Below, in pieces: positions 57,473-64,000 of a DNA stretch of 64,000 nucleotides. The stretch's first letter is position 1. Each line of letters begins with the position of its first letter. Source of the stretch: Escherichia phage vB_EcoM_PHB13. A program made the translations under genes and the position numbers. The notes under the pieces were generated by a model. The model was given only the letters and a program-made list of their open reading frames with translations. It made no database searches and had not been told where the DNA came from. Location of the stretch: sequence record MK573636, one strand, 5' to 3'.

Positions 57473-58312
57473 TTAAATGTCAAACAAATCTGAGAGCGTC
57501 CCAGACTCGCTTTCCTGTTTCGGTAAGATAATCTCCTTACTTTCTTCTATTTGTTCGTTAGGACGTGATTTAGGAGCTTCTACGGCTTCTTTCTCGTAAT
57601 ACCGAACCTCAACCACTTCTGTTAAAACGTTGGTACTATGCCATTCATCGCGATAGATTGATGTATCGATCCCACATCCGGCATAAGTCACCAAACCAGT
57701 TTGTTTGCTCCATTTTAGATATTTATTAGACTTCATGGTCCCGTCATAATAAGGTCTACCAGAATAGGCAAAACCAGCGGAACCAACAGGAACAATAAAA
57801 TAACCTACATCTGCAAACTTCTGGCCTAATGTCATAACCTTAAATTCAAATTCTCCGCCAGTGTACTCAAATACATCCTTTGTGTCGGTTGTATTGATTT
57901 TCCCGAAAGGTGGATTGCTGATCACCACATCGAATTTTTCGTTTGACTCAAATTCGAATACATCGCTGGTGATCCATTCTGCTTCCGGTAATAGTCGCTT
58001 GCCAATCCGCGCAAATTCTGGATTGAGTTCGACGCATACGATCTTTTCTGGCTTACAACGATGTAACATACAAAAAGATAAGCGACCGATCCCAGCACAA
58101 AGATCTAATACTTTTCCTGTGCAATGTGCATCGATGGTAAAATCCCATGCAAGCCCTTCTGGGGTAAAGAATGCACCGGAACCACCTAGCCCATCGCCAT
58201 GATAGTTATTATAGCAAAATTCTTTTTCTTCATATGTCAATGGGCGATCTGAATTAATCAACTCCATTGCTCGGTCGTGTAATTTTTGTTCTTGTTTAGA
58301 AAGTCGTGCCAT
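57473..58312 (-). CDS. N6-adenine methyltransferase, gamma-class motif order
   Basis: FFTP (motif X), VLDLCAGIGRLS (motif I), ISNPPFGK (motif IV NPPF) in that order. Confidence 0.6.
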   Translation of the reverse strand: MARLSKQEQKLHDRAMELINSDRPLTYEEKEFCYNNYHGDGLGGSGAFFTPEGLAWDFTIDAHCTGKVLDLCAGIGRLSFCMLHRCKPEKIVCVELNPEFARIGKRLLPEAEWITSDVFEFESNEKFDVVISNPPFGKINTTDTKDVFEYTGGEFEFKVMTLGQKFADVGYFIVPVGSAGFAYSGRPYYDGTMKSNKYLKWSKQTGLVTYAGCGIDTSIYRDEWHSTNVLTEVVEVRYYEKEAVEAPKSRPNEQIEESKEIILPKQESESGTLSDLFDI

Positions 58313-58644
58313 TATTTAACCTTTGCTGTGACGGTAACGCTATGCCCCAAATAAACATGAGACATAAAGAACACAAAGTTTTTAAATTGCGGATTCTTAC
58401 GAATCCATCGTTTCAATTTTCGAATGCAAGTTATACGATGGTCATAATTAGAATAACTAAATTCAATACCCTGTTTCATCATCTCGTGCATTTCTTCGTA
58501 TGTGTGCCATTGGTTATCATGTTTACAAAACCAATGAGTACCATAGAGTTTAGGATCTTGTGCACGTAGACCATAGTAATGCTTTTGCATTGGGAACTTA
58601 GCTTTATTCATTGTGTAATGCAATTTAATATTTACGCGTGCCAT
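58312..58644 (-). CDS. hypothetical protein
   Basis: 110 aa; translationally coupled to the methyltransferase gene (stop/start overlap). Confidence 0.4.
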   Translation of the reverse strand: MARVNIKLHYTMNKAKFPMQKHYYGLRAQDPKLYGTHWFCKHDNQWHTYEEMHEMMKQGIEFSYSNYDHRITCIRKLKRWIRKNPQFKNFVFFMSHVYLGHSVTVTAKVK

Positions 58645-58655
58645 TTTCTAGTTCC

Positions 58656-58889
58656 TCACATACCGAAAGTTGGATTATACACAAAATAGATAGCTTCGTC
58701 GATAGTCTTGAATCGTTTAGTGTCATTCATGAAGTTGATACCCTCCCATAGTTCATCGGTGTAATCGGCTAATGATGAATGAGTATGATCGATGATCTCT
58801 CCGATCTTTTCACCGTTCGCGATCACATCCCAACCGCAAGGGGATACCTGAATTGCTTCACAATTATCTGTAAATTTACGACGTGCCAT
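58656..58889 (-). CDS. hypothetical protein
   Basis: 77 aa; GGAGGA site; first gene after the cassette promoter. Confidence 0.45.
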   Translation of the reverse strand: MARRKFTDNCEAIQVSPCGWDVIANGEKIGEIIDHTHSSLADYTDELWEGINFMNDTKRFKTIDEAIYFVYNPTFGM

Positions 58890-58918
58890 AATTTATCCTC
58901 CGTTGTTTAGATGTGAGC

Positions 58919-58947
58919 ATTATACCTTTACCAGACAAGATTGTCAA
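58919..58947 (-). promoter_or_regulatory. sigma70-like promoter on minus strand
   Basis: TTGACA, 17-bp spacer, TATAAT, about 25 nt upstream of the GGAGGA site of the 58889 gene. Confidence 0.6.
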
Positions 58948-58952
58948 CACCA

Positions 58953-58988
58953 AAAACAGAAAAAGCCAACTCTCTCGAATTGGCTTTT
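58953..58988 (-). terminator. rho-independent terminator after gene 8
   Basis: AGCCAA-CTCTCTCGAA-TTGGCT hairpin followed on minus strand by TTTTTCTGTTTTT. Confidence 0.6.
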
Positions 58989-58999
58989 AAATCATACAC

Positions 59000-59995
59000 T
59001 TAGAACTCAAACAATACAGAAACAAGTTCTGTTTGATCTAATGACCGAACGATAGGTTGTCGGTTTTCCATGTAGATCATTTCTCCTGAGTGTGGCTCTA
59101 AGTCTTGCGGACGGTACTGATCTTTAACCGCTTTAACGTCTGGATCGCTAGGGCGTGCTTTCTTTTCCAATGGGTTAAGGATAATGCTTAACTGACGGAA
59201 ACCAGTATTACCCACTAACGCGGTAGTTGGGAATTGCGCAGAGTCCATATAAGCCTGAAAACGCAAAGTTACTACTTTCAGCCGATAAAGCAGATTATAG
59301 TCATTATACCAGGTGATCACATTGTCATAGCCCCAACGCGCCGGATCTTGTCGCAGTTCATCGGGGAACGGTACAACAATATGTTCATTGGTGCAACGGT
59401 TGATCGCCGCATCAGGTGGAATTGTGTACAAATATTCCCAACGATATCCGTCACCCATATCAATAGAATCGCCTTTCCCTACTGGTGGCGCGATTGATTC
59501 ATGCGTAGGGGTCCATTTTCCACCCAATTTCAAACACTCTACTTTTGCGTCAATGCTTGAAATAGAACAATAACCGCGATCAGGAACATCTGTCACTCGA
59601 TACACCATCCAACCGCTACCAACATCTGTACGGTTATATGGTGCTGAGTTTACAACAACAACGTCATTGATAAAGAACGTGCGCGGATTATCCTGTCCGG
59701 TATCACCCCAATCTTTACGAGGGATAACCGCATCAAGAAGTGATTTGTTAATCTTAACCGCCCCCATCATATGGGTCCACATATCAACAACGCCAGCCGT
59801 TGAATCGGTCGGATAAGGTGGGGCAAAGCCAACCTCTTTTTCGTTTTCTGACCACGGCTCCGAACGTCCAAACGTTCCATAAATTGTAATTTGATTTGCC
59901 TCATCGCCTACAGAATTATAGAAATTCAGAAGTTTTTCCGTTCTAAATTTACTAGTAATTATTGAGCGATAGATCACACTATTTTCATTAGCCAT
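59000..59995 (-). CDS. 8: baseplate wedge protein gp8
   Basis: 331 aa; SVIYR.I.TSKFRTEK.LNFYNS ... FGRSEPWS.NE.EVGFAPPYPTDS ... HSGEMIYMENR match T4 gp8. Confidence 0.9.
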   Translation of the reverse strand: MANENSVIYRSIITSKFRTEKLLNFYNSVGDEANQITIYGTFGRSEPWSENEKEVGFAPPYPTDSTAGVVDMWTHMMGAVKINKSLLDAVIPRKDWGDTGQDNPRTFFINDVVVVNSAPYNRTDVGSGWMVYRVTDVPDRGYCSISSIDAKVECLKLGGKWTPTHESIAPPVGKGDSIDMGDGYRWEYLYTIPPDAAINRCTNEHIVVPFPDELRQDPARWGYDNVITWYNDYNLLYRLKVVTLRFQAYMDSAQFPTTALVGNTGFRQLSIILNPLEKKARPSDPDVKAVKDQYRPQDLEPHSGEMIYMENRQPIVRSLDQTELVSVLFEF

Positions 59996-62900
59996 TAATT
60001 TTCCTCTGTGTCGGATTCTTCGGATCTCGTGGATTCCCTATATTATCCTTCAACCGTTTATCTACAAGTTCACGGAACATAGAGAATGTTACCGCCGATT
60101 GGTCAAACAGTGGACTCATTGCAAATCTTCGTTCGCTTGCTTTAAGTCCGTGGAACAATTCGCTGTTCTCCTGATCATATTCAGGAGGAACGGGGAACTC
60201 TTCGCCCATTGTCGGTGACGTTAAGTATAATGCTTTTCCGGTAAGCGGGTCTTTCTTAATGTTTCCGTCAACGTCAAGGTCTGCCACCCGATCAGGATAC
60301 ACGCTAGGCAATCCGCTGTCAAACTTATAATTTTTTAGAGATTGAATTATCGTCTCTGTGTGTTTCATGCTTAACCCGCTGTTAATGAACATCGTAAGCA
60401 GGGTAACACCGATAAACCCAAAGCCGACAGGATGAACGAATCGCATTACATCATTTGCATAGCGAGAAACTGGCAATGCACTTTTAATCTTCATGGTGTA
60501 TTGGCTTCGTGAGCGGTTGATATAGTCGATTGAACTACTCAACAACTCTTTACCACGTACACCAACAAGGATCATCCCTTCAAACGCTGTTTTCTCTGAT
60601 TTGATCACTTGACCTTCTTCGAACCGCCCGATCAGGTTATGAATGGTTACTCGCCAGCGTAGGCGACCACCTTCATATTCCCTTTCAAGATACGTCACGT
60701 TAGCCCGTCCGGTTTGAGTATAGATCGTGCGACCTACGATATCCTCGTCAATGTTCGTTGAACTAACGACAATATCATACTCTAGTCCGGCTTGCGATTC
60801 AACCTCAATTTCCACATCTTCATTATACAGTAACTTAAACAGGAACTTATAAGAAGCCTCCACGCCCTTAGTGGAATAAAAATCTGATTTGCGGGATTCA
60901 AAGAATCTTACTACCGCATCTCGCTTGTTTTTGTCTGCATAGATGTTTCGTTTGTTCATTTCTGACCAAAGATACTCATATGCATCTTGCTCGCGTGGAT
61001 ATTTGTTTTTAATCAGATTTTTTAGTTTATTATAATATGTTCCTGAACCATCACTTAAGAATTGCAGATAATATTCAGAGAATTTTCTGAAATTTTCGTT
61101 CTCAAGTAAAAAGCTATCCGGTGTCATCTTATTCAGTAAAGGTCGCAAATCTGGATCTTGCTCTCGATCGTAGTGAACCGGAACCCAGGGAACCTCTCGA
61201 ACCTGATTTTGCAATTCAGCAACAAGTGCTACATTTGTTGGCTTCCAGTATACACCAACTTGATCACGAACACGGTAATTAAATTGATAGAATCCTATGA
61301 TCTCTCCCGTGTTTTTATGGAACATTACACCGGATGCATATTGTTTGAATCCTTCAAATTTAACATTGTTCAGATAACAGGTCACGGTCCCCTTATCATA
61401 AACTTCTCGGTTGACCCTATTTTGATCAAGAATGCCGGACGTATCAACTTCTTGAGTATAGATAACCTCTGGATAAACAACCAACGGGCGATTATCATTT
61501 GTGATCCACACACGGACACCGTTTCGACGCATCCATGTATAATCAGCCTCATTATAATACGCTTGCGGTCCTAACTCCCAAATACGCAAATCATCATAAC
61601 TTGCTCTGAAAGTAGTTTGATGTATTTTCTTATCAGTTAGATAAGTTGGCTCCTGAGAATATTTCACAGCTTCGCCTAATTCATATTTCGCGGCAGTTTC
61701 TGGATCAGGTAAAATGCTTTCGAAGTGATGATTATAATGGCTTATGAACACCTCATAACCATTGGTTGACATATTACTGAACCCATGCTGAATATATTCC
61801 CTTTCCTGCGGAGTGTTGCCAAATACTCTCTGAAAAGACAGACCATCACTCCCTATTAAGTATACACCCGCATCATCTGACGGAACAACGTTTTCTGGTT
61901 TAGTTGGATCTTGATAACGCTGTTTAACTTCACCCGTAACAAATACAAGCAATTTACCGTCGATCACATCCATTTTCTGAATGACAGCTTTATCATTTCC
62001 TGTTACTCGGATAACATCAGGATCGAATATTTTTTCTCCAAACGTAGGCGAACCCTGTACGGTATCGACCGGAGTATTCTTAAGGCGAATCCGGCGAATA
62101 ACATCTTTAGCACCAACCCACAAATAGTCATCACTGCACGCCATAGCTTCGGCGTATTTTGTGGTGTCCCCTGTTAATCTGGAAAATACACCAAAGACCT
62201 CAACATCAAACCCTAAGTCGTTTTCGTCACCAACCTTTGCAAAAGTGATCGTATCATCACTAAATCGAACATCGTCCGCGCTCCATCGAGTATCGCTAGC
62301 TTGTCGTCCGTAAAAGATTCGGTCATATCCTAAAACGTAAGTAGTGGTTTTAGACTGATAAACGCATGTGCGGGAAACCGGATTGCCTACACGATCATTA
62401 AAAGCCTTGTATGCTTTCCATGATTGACCTTTATCATTTGACACTTTCACGATCGGCTGGAACCGTTCGAAAAGGTACAAAACACCGTTCATTTCCGCTA
62501 ACATAGTGCGGTTTATATCAATACAAACTTTTTCTATGTGATCCTGTATTTCATGAAAGTTCTCATCAACTACAATGTAGTTTGAGATATTTGTCATGTT
62601 TGCGTATTCAGGACTAAAGACAAAATCTTCCTTCATCAATGATGCTTGAATCAGGTCAGTATTAAACTTGACATACTCTCGATTATCGTATGTAAATTTT
62701 TCCTTTATAAACTCATTTGCAAGGTTGAACTCGCGCATCATAGAAAAATTATATGCGTTTGTTTTAAATGTCTGAAACTCTTCTGTTTCAATCCATTTAC
62801 TTTGTTCAAATCCTTCTGCGGCTACTGCTACACGAAACTTGTAATAAAATTCTGGAAAAAGGTTTTTATCCTCAAACCAGTTTTGGTCGGCAGTATATCC

Positions 62901-63074
62901 CAGGTTTACCCAGCTTAACTCATCGACGGGGATGATCTCCCCGTCTCGTGTTCTGGTTTCGGCTAACTCCACAAAATAAAAGAAGTTTTCGCCTACGTCA
63001 TCCCATGTGATATACGCCTGATTAGCAGACAATTTTTCTATTGTCAAACTAGTTACACTAGGCGCTTTAATCAT
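59988..63074 (-). CDS. 7: baseplate wedge initiator gp7
   Basis: 1028 aa (T4 gp7 about 1032); synteny 6 - 7 - 8. Confidence 0.75.
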   Translation of the reverse strand: MIKAPSVTSLTIEKLSANQAYITWDDVGENFFYFVELAETRTRDGEIIPVDELSWVNLGYTADQNWFEDKNLFPEFYYKFRVAVAAEGFEQSKWIETEEFQTFKTNAYNFSMMREFNLANEFIKEKFTYDNREYVKFNTDLIQASLMKEDFVFSPEYANMTNISNYIVVDENFHEIQDHIEKVCIDINRTMLAEMNGVLYLFERFQPIVKVSNDKGQSWKAYKAFNDRVGNPVSRTCVYQSKTTTYVLGYDRIFYGRQASDTRWSADDVRFSDDTITFAKVGDENDLGFDVEVFGVFSRLTGDTTKYAEAMACSDDYLWVGAKDVIRRIRLKNTPVDTVQGSPTFGEKIFDPDVIRVTGNDKAVIQKMDVIDGKLLVFVTGEVKQRYQDPTKPENVVPSDDAGVYLIGSDGLSFQRVFGNTPQEREYIQHGFSNMSTNGYEVFISHYNHHFESILPDPETAAKYELGEAVKYSQEPTYLTDKKIHQTTFRASYDDLRIWELGPQAYYNEADYTWMRRNGVRVWITNDNRPLVVYPEVIYTQEVDTSGILDQNRVNREVYDKGTVTCYLNNVKFEGFKQYASGVMFHKNTGEIIGFYQFNYRVRDQVGVYWKPTNVALVAELQNQVREVPWVPVHYDREQDPDLRPLLNKMTPDSFLLENENFRKFSEYYLQFLSDGSGTYYNKLKNLIKNKYPREQDAYEYLWSEMNKRNIYADKNKRDAVVRFFESRKSDFYSTKGVEASYKFLFKLLYNEDVEIEVESQAGLEYDIVVSSTNIDEDIVGRTIYTQTGRANVTYLEREYEGGRLRWRVTIHNLIGRFEEGQVIKSEKTAFEGMILVGVRGKELLSSSIDYINRSRSQYTMKIKSALPVSRYANDVMRFVHPVGFGFIGVTLLTMFINSGLSMKHTETIIQSLKNYKFDSGLPSVYPDRVADLDVDGNIKKDPLTGKALYLTSPTMGEEFPVPPEYDQENSELFHGLKASERRFAMSPLFDQSAVTFSMFRELVDKRLKDNIGNPRDPKNPTQRKING

Positions 63075-64000
63075 TGAGCAATTGCCTCCAGACTAATAGT
63101 TGTGTACTGAGGACGGAGATCGTTTTCGAACACGATCAGAGATCCGTCTTTAGTAAAGATGTTATCAGCAATCGGTTTAGCTGTCAACTCAATATATGAA
63201 CCAGTAAAGCGATCGCTATTGATATTCAGTTTACCCAGATCCCATGAAATAAGGTCGTCATAATGCTTAACCTCTCCAACCTCAAAGTATAGGTCCGCAC
63301 CGTCGATAACCTCTTTATCAAAATCAGTGCCGGAATAGTGCGGTAAAGCGATTGTAGAATCAACAGGGAAAGGTCCAACCAGCAATTTAGCTAAACCGGA
63401 TTCTTTGTTCATTTCTGTACTTACATAATGGATCGGATATTGCTTGTCGTCCTTTTCGAAGTTGAATGAACTAGACTTGATTCCGCTCTTATACTGGTTT
63501 AAAAACTTGATTCCAGCCATCGGTGCTTTATAGAAGTTGTCGATCTCTCGCACCATCTCGATTTCTGCACTAGAACCTATCACAGATACATCAGCTTTGT
63601 CAATACGCGCAAGCATTTTAGACTTACTAAAGGTCTGGTTAAAAATTTCCACTTCGTCGTTATAATATGCATCAATCTGATCAATAACCGCACCGCGCAA
63701 CCACTGCTCTGATTCTGACAAGTCATTGATTGAATAGGAAACTTTAATATTCTGTTTAATATACAGATAGTTAGGGTCAATGATGCTCGGTGTGATAGGG
63801 GCAAGGTTATATTTTGCCAGATAATCCCGCATATCTTCTTTTTGAACAGTTGTCAAGCGCAAGCCAGATTTAGGCTTAACAGCAACAAAAGCATAACCCG
63901 GTTTTTCTCGGTCGGTGAAACATTGTACCGCCTGAACAATACTACCAAAACGGCTAGACACAAAAGCCTCATAGTCGGAAGCAGTAACACAACGACGCTG
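63071..64000 (-). CDS. 6: baseplate wedge protein gp6, C-terminal part; 5' end beyond window
   Basis: Open frame continues to window edge; directly upstream of gene 7 as in T4. Confidence 0.6.
   Translation of the reverse strand, partial: QRRCVTASDYEAFVSSRFGSIVQAVQCFTDREKPGYAFVAVKPKSGLRLTTVQKEDMRDYLAKYNLAPITPSIIDPNYLYIKQNIKVSYSINDLSESEQWLRGAVIDQIDAYYNDEVEIFNQTFSKSKMLARIDKADVSVIGSSAEIEMVREIDNFYKAPMAGIKFLNQYKSGIKSSSFNFEKDDKQYPIHYVSTEMNKESGLAKLLVGPFPVDSTIALPHYSGTDFDKEVIDGADLYFEVGEVKHYDDLISWDLGKLNINSDRFTGSYIELTAKPIADNIFTKDGSLIVFENDLRPQYTTISLEAIAQ

Larger units (their letters stand above)
57433..58990 (-). other. accessory three-gene cassette inserted between baseplate genes 8 and 9
   Basis: Own sigma70 promoter and terminators at both ends; T4 has genes 8 and 9 adjacent. 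Confidence 0.5.

Overview
This window is a T4-like myovirus genome segment, read here in inverse orientation to the conventional T4 map. All protein identifications rest on recalled similarity to T4 proteins, on motifs visible in the translations, and on conserved gene order; no database search was run. Coordinates of regulatory elements and of small ORFs missing from the ORF track were counted by hand and may be off by 1-2 nt.

Layout:
- 1-9.6 kb, plus strand: a T4 early-gene block in T4 order, denA - rnlA - pseT - cd - gene 31 - gene 30 (DNA ligase), interrupted by homing-endonuclease-like genes and a NADAR-like gene.
- 9.9-17.4 kb, plus strand: a hyperplastic region of about 25 small genes, most preceded by a copy of a conserved promoter/leader cassette of the kind described as PeSL elements in T4-type phages, with several expanded paralog families.
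- 17.4-20.9 kb: alt plus a second ADP-ribosyltransferase paralog and a lipoprotein.
- 20.9-64 kb, mostly minus strand: the late structural module, 54-48-29-28-27-51 / 26-25 / uvsY / uvsW / hoc / 24-23-22-21-68-67-20-19-18-17-16-15-14-13-wac-12-11-10-9-8-7-6. Eight exact TATAAATA late promoters sit upstream of these genes.

Candidates for undescribed biology, in rough order of interest:
1. A six-copy family of about 100-aa proteins sharing an H-x-H-W ... (V/L)A(V/I)D(V/I) signature (10.6-14.0 kb).
2. A translationally coupled five-gene operon encoding a mini cytosine-C5-methyltransferase-like protein, a zinc ribbon and a DUF262/ParB-like protein (15.0-17.1 kb).
3. A self-contained, early-promoter-driven adenine-methyltransferase cassette inserted between baseplate genes 8 and 9.
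4. Promoter cassettes whose spacer carries a GC-rich inverted repeat showing compensatory arm changes between copies.
5. A NADAR-like protein immediately upstream of DNA ligase.
6. A SLOG/DprA-like protein next to a repeat-bearing AT-rich spacer, at the position where T4 has rnlB.
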